Source: an uncultured archaeon (lineage in GTDB: Archaea; Iainarchaeota; Iainarchaeia; Iainarchaeales; 0-14-0-20-30-16). Taken from it: DNA of 28,744 bases. Positions within the stretch are counted from its first letter, which is position 1. Every line of letters begins with the position of its first letter. This document shows, one piece after another, positions 1 through 8,322 of this stretch. The DNA lies in contig CAZQQS010000007.1 in the NCBI GenBank assembly GCA_964595665.1, positions 1 to 28,744 of the forward strand, written 5' to 3'. A program made the position numbers and the translations under genes. Below the pieces are notes generated by a model. It did not search any database, was not told the origin of the DNA, and saw nothing but the letters and a program-made list of their open reading frames with translations.

Positions 1-2
1 CT

Positions 3-2423
3 GCACCATATATTTATTGGCAAATGAAAACTTCTGATACTCCATTAAAAGCTTATTTTGTAGGTGAAAAAGAGTTAAGTAGAATTAAAATATATACTGG
101 AAATTCTCCAATATATAAAGATGCATATATTGATTTTTTTATAAACGATACGATGTCTAACGGAGATTTCTTTGAAGCAACAATTATTAAATTTATTCAA
201 GATTTAGCTGTTCAAGTTGCACCAATTACTTCTGAAAAAGAAGTTGCAAATTTCTTTGGAGTTAAACCAAGAGATAGTGTACAAGATGTAGTTTATTATA
301 GTGGTACAGAAAATTGTGCAGATTGTCAATCAGCAAGAAGAGCTCAAGATAGTATTGTTTTTATAATGAGTGCTTCAAGTATAGGAACAAAAAATTATAT
401 TTTAGAAAAGCCTGATTTAAAAACATATAATGATGCTATTAAAGGTGGATTAACTTTGGCAGCATTTACACATCATACAAATATGGATTTTTATATGGGT
501 GATGAAGCTCAAAAAGATGTTAAAGTAAAAGGAACATATAATTTAGAAACTGCTATTCAAAATAATGAAACCTGCGCTCAAAAAATGGAAACAACTGTTT
601 TTGGTCAAATTCCTTTGTTAGGAGATTATTTTAAAGAAAGTAATGGTAGATTAGGTTTGCCTGTTGGGATTGCTGATAGTTTAGTATCTTATTTGCCAGC
701 ATTATATTTAACATCTTTACCAGCTTTAGGAGTTGGATTAGTATTGTCTATGGGTTTACACGAAGCCGTAAGAAGACAATTTGATGGTTGTATTGATTCT
801 GAAGAAGGATATTATATCCAATATAATCATAAGTTTGCATCTAATGATAAACAACAAGATGTATTGAGTAATTTAGTTTCGAAAGGTAAAAATGAATTAA
901 CTAAAACAAGTGCGGTAGAAGCAACAAATAAAGTTAATTCTACAATTGATGATTTAAAAAAGAGTTTATTAAATGTTGTTGAAAAAAAAGAAAAAGAATT
1001 TATGCAAATTAAATTCTATACTATTAATAATACATCTTCAAAAATTGAAGCCACAGGTATATTTATGGTGTGGGCTGGTCCAAGAAGTAATTGTAGTATA
1101 ATTGATGCAGAACAAGATACTGTAATTGGTGCTAAAATAACTAAAGATGGAAAAGAAGTTTTAGTTACTCACGATACTTCTGACGGTACAATAAGAGTTG
1201 ATGGTGAAATAGTTGCTGAGAGTGAAGTATTAAAATTTAGACAAAGAAATAATATTTTTGGTGGTTTTGAGGTTCCTCAAAGAATTACTTTTATGCCTGC
1301 TAATATTGGTTTGGATTATTTCCAGTTTTTGCCTAGTAAAGAATTTAGAATTTTAAATGCAAATACAAGTTCTTGTGCATTGAGTGGAGCATTTGAACAA
1401 ACTGGTTTGAATTACTCTAATATAGTTGATTATACGGGCCCAATTTTAACTATTTTTGGGGAAACTGCTTCAGGTAATTTTACTGCAAGACCTACGGGTT
1501 ATGCAATAGATTATTTGGGTGGCTCAGTAGAACGAAAAACTATTTCTACTAGTTTAAATGTAGATAAAGAAATAAATGTTTTAGATGCAGCAAATGTAAA
1601 TTATGGTAAGTTTACTTCAGTAGTTTTTGAAAAAGCACATATCTGGTATAGAGAAGAAACTAAAGATTTTGCATTTTGGGTAAGAGTAATGAAAACTATT
1701 AATGGTGTAGATGTGCAAAAGTTTTCTGCAACTCCTACAACTGTAACAAATCCAGATACTGGTTGTGAGGAATTAGCTTTAGATTTATCTGTTATAGGAA
1801 ATCAATTAGATGCTCAAGCAAAAATTGATGGTGAAGAATTTGATAAATCATTAAAGAAAGCTGGACCTTTCCAATATTTTGAAACTGATAAAAAAATAAT
1901 AATGTTTTATTCTAAATTAGAAGCAGATGGAACTTGCCAAGATTACATGAAAGTTATTGATAAAGCAACAAACCAAGTATTATTAGATACGGCAATAAAT
2001 TCTGTAGAACAAATTGAAAATGGTATAAAAGTTAATACTGCTGATGGTTCTCATACATTAGAATTTAGTAATGAAAATGGAAAACCAACATTATCTTTTA
2101 ATGGTGAAAAAGGAACTTTATTATTAGCACAAGGTAGAGAGGGTTCATTTTATTTTGATCCTAGTACAAAAGAATGGTATGTTGGTAATTCACAAATGAT
2201 GCCATTTAATGATAAGTTTGCTACTGAAGGTACATTATCTGATGGAACAGGAATTTCTAAACCAAGTACTAATCCTTTAGGAACAACAGTAGAAGCTTAT
2301 GGTAAAAAAGGAGTTTTCGATATTCCTTTATTTGAAGGATTTGAGAAGTATTTATTTGTAATATTGAGTTTATTTTTTGTTTTGGCTTTTGTTTTTTTTA
2401 CGCGTGATAAATATGTTAACTGA
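3..2423 (+). CDS. Large extracellular/surface protein, C-terminal part only (5' end outside window), with C-terminal membrane anchor
   Basis: The frame is open from base 3 to the ATG at 24 with no in-frame stop. The residues after that Met show no signal peptide, so the gene probably starts upstream of the window. Composition is polar (T/S/N/G/D-rich) with 8 scattered Cys. A single terminal hydrophobic helix, YLFVILSLFFVLAFVFF, is followed by TRDKYVN. No family recognised. Confidence 0.6.
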   Translation, partial: APYIYWQMKTSDTPLKAYFVGEKELSRIKIYTGNSPIYKDAYIDFFINDTMSNGDFFEATIIKFIQDLAVQVAPITSEKEVANFFGVKPRDSVQDVVYYSGTENCADCQSARRAQDSIVFIMSASSIGTKNYILEKPDLKTYNDAIKGGLTLAAFTHHTNMDFYMGDEAQKDVKVKGTYNLETAIQNNETCAQKMETTVFGQIPLLGDYFKESNGRLGLPVGIADSLVSYLPALYLTSLPALGVGLVLSMGLHEAVRRQFDGCIDSEEGYYIQYNHKFASNDKQQDVLSNLVSKGKNELTKTSAVEATNKVNSTIDDLKKSLLNVVEKKEKEFMQIKFYTINNTSSKIEATGIFMVWAGPRSNCSIIDAEQDTVIGAKITKDGKEVLVTHDTSDGTIRVDGEIVAESEVLKFRQRNNIFGGFEVPQRITFMPANIGLDYFQFLPSKEFRILNANTSSCALSGAFEQTGLNYSNIVDYTGPILTIFGETASGNFTARPTGYAIDYLGGSVERKTISTSLNVDKEINVLDAANVNYGKFTSVVFEKAHIWYREETKDFAFWVRVMKTINGVDVQKFSATPTTVTNPDTGCEELALDLSVIGNQLDAQAKIDGEEFDKSLKKAGPFQYFETDKKIIMFYSKLEADGTCQDYMKVIDKATNQVLLDTAINSVEQIENGIKVNTADGSHTLEFSNENGKPTLSFNGEKGTLLLAQGREGSFYFDPSTKEWYVGNSQMMPFNDKFATEGTLSDGTGISKPSTNPLGTTVEAYGKKGVFDIPLFEGFEKYLFVILSLFFVLAFVFFTRDKYVN

Positions 2424-3171
2424 AGTTATTATTAATACTTTTAAAAGAATGATTTCTAAAACAAATTATATTTCAACATTTATTTTATTTTTAATTTTAA
2501 TTACAAGTTCATTAATATCTTTTTTAATTTTAACAGGTATATCAATATTTGGTTTGGGAAAAAGTATTTCTCTTACGAATTTAGAATCTCAAATTAATAT
2601 ATTTGAATTTTTATCTAACTTTTTTGGAACCATTGTTTTAGCAATAATTTTTATTGTTATTTTATTTTATTTGTTTTTAGTGTTTTATAGTTTTGTTATT
2701 TCTAAATTGGATAAAAAATATGAATTAAAAGATTTGTTTTTAGGTTTGGGTTCTGCATTTAAGAGAGGATTATTTTTATTTTTTGCAATAATTTTATTAT
2801 TTATTATTTGCTTAATAATTACAATAATTTTATCACTATTATTTTTGATTCCTATTATAGGTTACATTTTAGGATTTATTGCTTTGATTATATTTTTTAT
2901 ATTTTCAGCAACAAGTTTTATTTTGCTTTTTGGAAACATAAATTCAAAAAAAAGTTTTTGGAAAGCTTTTAAAGATTCAATATTAAATCCGTTTATTAAG
3001 ATTAAAGTTGTTTTATATTTTATAGTATTGCTATTAATATATTTTATTTTAGCAATAATTTTTGGATTGTTAAGTTTGGTACCTATTTTGGGAGCTATTT
3101 TAGTATTCTTATTATATCCGTTTTTATTTATCTTTATTTGTTCTATAGCTTTTGAATTAACAAAAATTTAA
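2413..3171 (+). CDS. Polytopic integral membrane protein (about 6 TM segments), unknown function
   Basis: Extremely I/L/F-rich with repeated ~20-aa hydrophobic runs. The ATG at 2413 overlaps the upstream stop (ATGTTAACTGA), which suggests coupled translation. The track start at 2377 lies inside the upstream TM anchor and is less likely. Confidence 0.55.
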   Translation: MLTEVIINTFKRMISKTNYISTFILFLILITSSLISFLILTGISIFGLGKSISLTNLESQINIFEFLSNFFGTIVLAIIFIVILFYLFLVFYSFVISKLDKKYELKDLFLGLGSAFKRGLFLFFAIILLFIICLIITIILSLLFLIPIIGYILGFIALIIFFIFSATSFILLFGNINSKKSFWKAFKDSILNPFIKIKVVLYFIVLLLIYFILAIIFGLLSLVPILGAILVFLLYPFLFIFICSIAFELTKI

Positions 3172-3181
3172 AAAAATAAAA

Positions 3182-3889
3182 TTAAATAAAAGTCATTTGA
3201 TTTTTATTTTCTTCTTGTGATTTTATTTCTTGCATTTTTTCTTTAATTGCAGAAATTATTTTTTTAGATTCCTGTTCTAATGGTTGTGTATCAATATCAA
3301 ACTCAAACATATTTTCTAAAACATCTATAATTTTTGCAGCACTATTAAAATTTGTAGTATTTCCAGGATTACAAACTAAAATATATGCTTCAATTTTTTT
3401 AGCAGTAATTAATATTTGTGCTCCAATTCCTGTAATTAACCCTTTTTCTAATATTGGAACATTATTTTTAGTTAATAAATCTAATTTTGTATTTGATGCA
3501 CCATAAATGCTTAATTTTGAATTGTTTGGTATTAAACCTAATAAAGAAATTATTCCTTTGATTTTCTTTTCTTCACACCAATTAATTAAGGTATTTGAGA
3601 AATCAAATATTTGAGAAGGTTCTATTAATTGATCAGACACTAAAACTAATAGTTTGTGCTTGTGGTCTGCATATATTCTTATAGGGTATTCCATATTCCC
3701 TTTTGATATTCTTATTATTGGAATTATAGAAGGACTTTCTAAATGTGCGATTTTTTCCATTTTTAAATTATCAACTAAATATCTTGTAGTTATAGTTGCA
3801 ATCATATCTGGAGAAGGCGTACCCTCAATTAAGTAATATCCATTGAAATCTTTTTTTACGTGATCCACAATTTTCGTTTTTCTTTCCAT
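3182..3889 (-). CDS. PAC2-family protein (archaeal proteasome-assembly-chaperone-like, PbaA/PbaB type)
   Basis: Length 235 aa. Layout is typical of the PAC2 family: an N-terminal YLIEGTPSPDMIATITTRYLV segment (the GxPGxG-like position), LVLVSDQLIEP, GIISLLGL, GLITGIGAQIL, and a C-terminal acidic coiled tail. Recognised by eye only. Confidence 0.5.
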   Translation of the reverse strand: MERKTKIVDHVKKDFNGYYLIEGTPSPDMIATITTRYLVDNLKMEKIAHLESPSIIPIIRISKGNMEYPIRIYADHKHKLLVLVSDQLIEPSQIFDFSNTLINWCEEKKIKGIISLLGLIPNNSKLSIYGASNTKLDLLTKNNVPILEKGLITGIGAQILITAKKIEAYILVCNPGNTTNFNSAAKIIDVLENMFEFDIDTQPLEQESKKIISAIKEKMQEIKSQEENKNQMTFI

Positions 3890-3961
3890 GATATATGAAT
3901 TTTGGCAATATTTATAAATGTTGGTGCGTTATTATATAAAAATGGGCTATGGAGGGATGCT

Positions 3962-4243
3962 ATGGCTAATGAAACTAAAGATAGTATTGTATTAATCGGT
4001 AAGAAAAATACAAAAAGTTATGTTTTAGCAGTAATTACATTGTTAAATCAAGGAATAAATACAATTATTCTAAAAGCAAGAGGAAAATCTATTAGCACAG
4101 CAGTAGATGTTGCTGAAATGGTAAGAAATAAATTTGCTAAAGATTTATTAGTAAAAGATATTAAAATCTCTACAGAAGAATTAACTAATGAAGATGGTTC
4201 AAAAGTAAGAGTTTCTGCCATAGAAATCAATTTGGCAAAGTAA
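3962..4243 (+). CDS. albA: DNA/RNA-binding protein Alba
   Basis: The stretch NSIVLIGKKNTKSYVLAVITLLNQG...IILKARGKSISTAVDVAEMVRNKF...VSAIEINL is a classic Alba sequence. GGAGGG at 3951-3956 precedes the ATG at 3962. The TTG start at 3902 in the track adds a non-conserved extension. Confidence 0.9.
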   Translation: MANETKDSIVLIGKKNTKSYVLAVITLLNQGINTIILKARGKSISTAVDVAEMVRNKFAKDLLVKDIKISTEELTNEDGSKVRVSAIEINLAK

Positions 4244-4249
4244 AATCAA

Positions 4250-4308
4250 ACTTAAATTGTATTTTAAGTTAAGAATATTAAGGATTATAAATCCTTATAT
4301 CTATTTTT
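4250..4308 (+). terminator. Two tandem hairpins plus T-run downstream of albA
   Basis: First hairpin: ACTTAAA (4250-4256) pairs with TTTAAGT (4263-4269). Second hairpin: TAAGGAT (4279-4285) pairs with ATCCTTA (4291-4297). TTTTTT follows at 4303-4308. Confidence 0.45.
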
Positions 4309-4351
4309 TAAACCGCAAACATTTATAATCATGATGAAGTCATGATATATT

Positions 4352-4870
4352 ATGACTCTAAATAAGATTTCTCATGATTATGCTCAAACAAATGGGTTAC
4401 AAGTGGTAATGCAACAATTGTCTGAGGCTAATGAGATTGAGTTAGTAGAGCAAATATATGCATTAAGTGATAGGCCTGAAGTATTAGGTTTATTAATATA
4501 TAAACTAATGCAAGAGCGAAAGAAAACAAATGATTTATTAGAGCAATTAAATTCAAAATATGATTCTTTAATAAAATCTAATGGTTTTTCTAAAGCTTCA
4601 AATATTAGCCTAAAGTTGGAAGGGGAAACAAGTATAGAAAACTTATTTATCCCTGAGCAGGATAAATCTATACTTTTAGAAGCGCAAAATAGTTCTTACG
4701 TAGATGCAAAAGCAATTCAGGATAAATTAGGTTATAAAGGTCTGAATGCTGCATCACAAAGACTAAATAAATTAAACAAAGATGGTTATTTGCTTAAAAA
4801 AAGAGTGGGTCAAAAAGTTGTATTTGTATTAAATTCTAATGTTGTTCAAGATTTAACTAATTTTAAATAA
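4352..4870 (+). CDS. Hypothetical protein with C-terminal winged-helix-like DNA-binding region
   Basis: The C-terminal segment ILLEAQNSSYVDAKAIQDKLGYKGLNAASQRLNKLNKDGYLLKKRVGQKVVFVLN resembles a MarR/ArsR-type wHTH. The N-terminal half looks helical or coiled. A TATA-like ATTTATAA lies about 25-30 nt upstream of the ATG and there is no SD, which is compatible with a leaderless mRNA. Confidence 0.4.
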   Translation: MTLNKISHDYAQTNGLQVVMQQLSEANEIELVEQIYALSDRPEVLGLLIYKLMQERKKTNDLLEQLNSKYDSLIKSNGFSKASNISLKLEGETSIENLFIPEQDKSILLEAQNSSYVDAKAIQDKLGYKGLNAASQRLNKLNKDGYLLKKRVGQKVVFVLNSNVVQDLTNFK

Positions 4871-4929
4871 ATAGTATTTTGTTTTTTTGAAAATAAAAAT
4901 TAAAAAATAGAAGATAAAAAAATAAAAAA

Positions 4930-4946
4930 TCGAGGTAAAGCCTCGA
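4930..4946. terminator. Bidirectional hairpin between convergent genes
   Basis: TCGAGG (4930-4935) pairs with CCTCGA (4941-4946) across a 5-nt loop. It is flanked by A-runs on the plus strand, which are T-runs on the minus strand. Confidence 0.45.
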
Positions 4947-4953
4947 AATATAT

Positions 4954-5121
4954 TTATTTCTTTTTTAACATTGGCAATCCTGTTTTTTTGTTTTCGATTA
5001 CTTTATACCCAACAGGTAATTCTATACTTCCCTTAGGTTCTTTTGAAAAGAAAAATAATCTACCTTTACTATGTAAGTGGTATGTATTTCCTTTACTATT
5101 TTTATGACTATAACCAACCAT
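4954..5121 (-). CDS. Small conserved hypothetical protein (55 aa)
   Basis: MVGYSHKNSKGNTYHLHSKGRLFFFSKEPKGSIELPVGYKVIENKKTGLPMLKKK fits a pattern (YHLH..lfFFSK...LP.GY.V.EN..TGLP.LKK) that I recall from small uncharacterised prokaryotic proteins. GGAGGAG lies 5 nt upstream of this ATG. The track start at 5142 would sit on top of the SD. Confidence 0.5.
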   Translation of the reverse strand: MVGYSHKNSKGNTYHLHSKGRLFFFSKEPKGSIELPVGYKVIENKKTGLPMLKKK

Positions 5122-5203
5122 ATAATCTCCTCCGTATATCAAAAAAATCTAATTATAATATATCTCTTCTATTAATAAAGGTTTCGGTAATTAAATATAA
5201 TTA

Positions 5204-6631
5204 GTGAAGGAAATGCTTCGTATTTTTAATGATTTTTCAAAGAAAAAAGAGAATTTTAAGGCTAAAGACCAAATAGTAAGAATTTACTCTTGTGGTCCCA
5301 CTGTTTATAATTACGCACATATAGGTAATTTTAGAGCATTTGCATTTGAAGATTTATTAGTTAGATATTTAAAATTTAAGAATTACAAAGTAATTCATGT
5401 TAGAAATTTAACAGATGTAGAAGATAAAATAATTAAAGCATTACAAACCATTGAAAATAGTGAAAAAAATCTAAAAGATTATACTAATTTTTATGTAAAT
5501 GCATTTTTTGAAGATTGTAAAAAATTAAAATTATCTGATTCAAGTTATTATCCTAGAGCAACAGAATACATCAATAAAATAGTAGATTTTATTTTTGAAT
5601 TAATTAGAAAAGGTTTTGCATATAAAAGTGATGATGGTTCAATTTATTTTAGTATTGAGAAATTTAAAAATTATGGTAAATTAGCAGGAATTAAAAAAAC
5701 TGATTTAAAAAAAGATGCTTCTGGACGAACTTCTAATGATGAATATTCAAAAGAAGAACAACAAGATTTTGTTTTATGGAAAGCATATACTCCAAAAGAT
5801 GGGAAAGTATTTTGGGATACTAAATTAGGTAAAGGAAGACCTGGTTGGCATATTGAATGCTCAGTAATGAGTACTTCTTTATTAGGTCCAACTTTAGATA
5901 TTCATTCTGGAGGCGAGGATTTAGTATTTCCGCATCACGAAAATGAAATTGCACAAAGTGAAGCATATTCTGGAAAAACATTTGCAAGATTTTGGGTGCA
6001 TACAAGACATTTATTAGTAAATAATCAAAAGATGTCTAAAAGTTTAGGAAATTTTTATACTTTAAGAGATATAGAAAAAATGAATTATAGTGCTTTAGCA
6101 GTAAAATTATTATACTTATCAAGTCATTATAAAAATCAATTGAATTTTACTTTTGATTCTTTAAATGTTATGCAGAAAAATCTAAATGATTTTAATTTAT
6201 TAATAGAAAAATTAACAAATTATTTTTCAGAAAATAAATTTAATGATGATAAATTTGAAGATATTAAAAATAAATCTGAAGAAATAATTTCAAAAATTAA
6301 AGAAGCATTAGATGATAATTTTAATTCACCTTTAGCAATAACTTATATTTATGAATATAGTTCTTATGCAAACAGTTTAATGTCCTCTGGTGAAATAAAT
6401 AAAAAAAGTGCAGATTTATTATTAGATTATTTTAAAACCTTTGATTCTATTTTTGGAATTTTTGATTTTCCCAAACCTATAGATGAAAATTTGGAGAAAA
6501 AACTTTGGGAAAGATATAACGCAAGAAAAAATAGAGATTTCGCAACTAGTGATGCTCGAAGAAAAGAATTTGATTCTTTGGGATTACTAATTGGAGATAT
6601 TCCAAATGGCTTTACAGTTGTTAAGAAATAG
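5204..6631 (+). CDS. cysS: Cysteinyl-tRNA synthetase
   Basis: Class I signatures are present: HIGN (YNYAHIGNFR) and KMSKS (KMSKSLGNF). CysRS-typical GWHIECS and HSGGEDLVFPHHENE are also present. The start is either GTG at 5204 or ATG at 5213. Confidence 0.93.
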   Translation: MKEMLRIFNDFSKKKENFKAKDQIVRIYSCGPTVYNYAHIGNFRAFAFEDLLVRYLKFKNYKVIHVRNLTDVEDKIIKALQTIENSEKNLKDYTNFYVNAFFEDCKKLKLSDSSYYPRATEYINKIVDFIFELIRKGFAYKSDDGSIYFSIEKFKNYGKLAGIKKTDLKKDASGRTSNDEYSKEEQQDFVLWKAYTPKDGKVFWDTKLGKGRPGWHIECSVMSTSLLGPTLDIHSGGEDLVFPHHENEIAQSEAYSGKTFARFWVHTRHLLVNNQKMSKSLGNFYTLRDIEKMNYSALAVKLLYLSSHYKNQLNFTFDSLNVMQKNLNDFNLLIEKLTNYFSENKFNDDKFEDIKNKSEEIISKIKEALDDNFNSPLAITYIYEYSSYANSLMSSGEINKKSADLLLDYFKTFDSIFGIFDFPKPIDENLEKKLWERYNARKNRDFATSDARRKEFDSLGLLIGDIPNGFTVVKK

Positions 6632-6640
6632 TGTGAAAAC

Positions 6641-7540
6641 CTAAACAATCCAAAATATAAAGAATGCTAATGGCATTATTATTAAAGCATAAAAAATAAA
6701 TTTCTTTTTATTTCCATCAATTATTGCAATGAAATAACTTGATATTAATGATAGTTCAAACAAATAAATTATTGTTGCAATTTTTGCATATTGAACCAAT
6801 TTTGTTTCTGGAGTTATTACCCCAATATTTTGAAAGCTTGTAAAATCAAATTGTGAAATTATTCCTTGAATCCAACCTAAAATCAAAGGAACTAAAATTG
6901 CAGATGCTAAAATTAAAGTATATTTTTGAATTGCTAAAGAACTATATCTTTCTCTTTCTAATTCATGACTTTTTAAAATGTATTGAGAAATCTTGTTGAA
7001 AACAAAGTGCATATCTTTTCCAGATTTATAGCCTATAATTAATAATTTTACAACTCGCTCAAAAAGTTTACTTTTATTTCTCAAAATAATCTCGTTTAAA
7101 GAGTTTTCAACACTATAGCCTTTTTTTATTTGTTTTATAGCAATATTGAATTCTAAAGAGATATAAGGATATTTTTGTTTAACAATATATTCCAATATTT
7201 TTGTTATCTCAGTTCCTTTAGGAAATAAACTCGCTTGTAATAAAACATCTTGAAGAGAATCTTCAATTGTTTTTTGTCTTTTTTCTTCTTTTAGTAATTC
7301 TAAATTATAACTAATAAAAAAACTTATTGGCAACAATAATAAAAATAAAGGAATTAAAATATAAATCTTAATTATTTGAAAATAAAATACTATGCTAACC
7401 AATATTATACTTAAAGCAAATATTATTGCAATTTCTTTTTTAAAATAATTTATATCTTTCAAATCTTTACTTAAATATAATTCTAATTCTTTTAATTTTT
7501 GTATTCCTAATACTTTTAGAAAAATACTTTCTAAATTCAT
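6641..7540 (-). CDS. Type IV filament platform protein, single T2SS-F domain (TadC/FlaJ/EpdK-like)
   Basis: There are N-terminal TM helices, then a cytoplasmic helical domain (EDSLQDVLLQASLF...IAIKQIKKGYSVENSL...LLIIGYKSGKD) typical of GspF/TadC/FlaJ, then C-terminal TM helices. The start overlaps the upstream stop by 4 nt (ATGA type). Confidence 0.6.
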   Translation of the reverse strand: MNLESIFLKVLGIQKLKELELYLSKDLKDINYFKKEIAIIFALSIILVSIVFYFQIIKIYILIPLFLLLLPISFFISYNLELLKEEKRQKTIEDSLQDVLLQASLFPKGTEITKILEYIVKQKYPYISLEFNIAIKQIKKGYSVENSLNEIILRNKSKLFERVVKLLIIGYKSGKDMHFVFNKISQYILKSHELERERYSSLAIQKYTLILASAILVPLILGWIQGIISQFDFTSFQNIGVITPETKLVQYAKIATIIYLFELSLISSYFIAIIDGNKKKFIFYALIIMPLAFFIFWIV

Positions 7541-8322
7541 TTTAAAAACCCCGGCATAATAGTTGTTATTATTATAATTATAAAAATATCTATTGCAGGA
7601 AATACAAAGATAAAGATTAATAATAATTGTTCAGCAGTTATTCCCAAATCTAAGATAAATGAGCCGATATTAACAAACACCAAAAATAATGCTGGCAAAA
7701 CAGCAGTAAAACCAATAAATAATAAAGAAATCATAACCAATTTATTACTATATAATTTTGTTGATGTTGTTTGTAAATTAATAATATCTTCAGATAATTC
7801 AAAAAGTGGGCCTTTTTCTTTAAATTGTTTTCCACTTTCATAAATATTTATAATTTGTGTTAAAGCTCTTTTAAAATCTCGAGAATCAAAAAATTCTCCA
7901 AATTCTCGAAAGCTTTTTTGGAAACTAATTCCTTTTTCATAATTATTTATTAGTTTATAGAATATTTCTCCCAAAGTTAAATAATTCTTTGAGGTTTTTT
8001 TTATTGCGCTTAGAAATTCTTCGCCTATACTTAAATGCATATCTAAATCTATTAAAAAGAAAGGTAATTCTTTTTCAATTTTGCCAATTAAATTCTTCTT
8101 AATAATTATTGGATAATAATTTATAAAAAAGAAACCAATCAAAAAAATAATTGCAAAACAAATAACTGTATTTAATAAACTCTTATAGAAATAAAAATAT
8201 AGTATTGTAAAAAATATACTTGTTATAGTAGTTATAATATATCCAAACTTAGTATATTGTTCTAAAGTTTGCCAATTGTAAGTATATTTAATATATTTAA
8301 AATTATTTTCTAGAATCTTCAT
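7537..8322 (-). CDS. Type IV filament platform protein, single T2SS-F domain (TadB/FlaJ/EpdJ-like)
   Basis: Architecture matches the downstream paralog: TM, TM, helical domain (ELPFFLIDLDMHLSIGEEFLSAIKK...ALTQIINIYESGKQF), then TM helices. It overlaps the ATPase gene by 20 nt. Confidence 0.55.
   Translation of the reverse strand: MKILENNFKYIKYTYNWQTLEQYTKFGYIITTITSIFFTILYFYFYKSLLNTVICFAIIFLIGFFFINYYPIIIKKNLIGKIEKELPFFLIDLDMHLSIGEEFLSAIKKTSKNYLTLGEIFYKLINNYEKGISFQKSFREFGEFFDSRDFKRALTQIINIYESGKQFKEKGPLFELSEDIINLQTTSTKLYSNKLVMISLLFIGFTAVLPALFLVFVNIGSFILDLGITAEQLLLIFIFVFPAIDIFIIIIITTIMPGFLK

Noticed and set aside
3654-4230. Track ORFs 3654..3836 (+) and 4048..4230 (-).
   Set aside because: Both lie entirely antisense within well-supported genes (the PAC2-like gene and albA). 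They have low-complexity I/L/F/S-rich translations typical of the shadow frame in AT-rich DNA, and no SD.
4331-4337. ATGATGA, which matches a C-box (RUGAUGA) and might indicate a C/D box sRNA in the albA downstream intergenic region.
   Set aside because: There is no CUGA D box, no C'/D' pair and no terminal stem within the next ~70 nt. The motif sits between a TATA-like box and the ATG of the 4352 gene, so it is more simply part of that promoter and 5' end.
4352-4870. Apparently higher GC in this gene, which might suggest a horizontally acquired island.
   Set aside because: A hand count of one 60-nt sample gave about 38% GC. A sample from psmA gave about 40%, and membrane-protein genes drop to about 12%. 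The difference reflects protein composition, not a foreign-DNA signal. A proper sliding-window calculation was not possible.
5820-6648. Track ORFs 5820..6005 (-) and 6427..6648 (-).
   Set aside because: They are antisense to cysS, which has unambiguous HIGN and KMSKS motifs. They are shadow ORFs.
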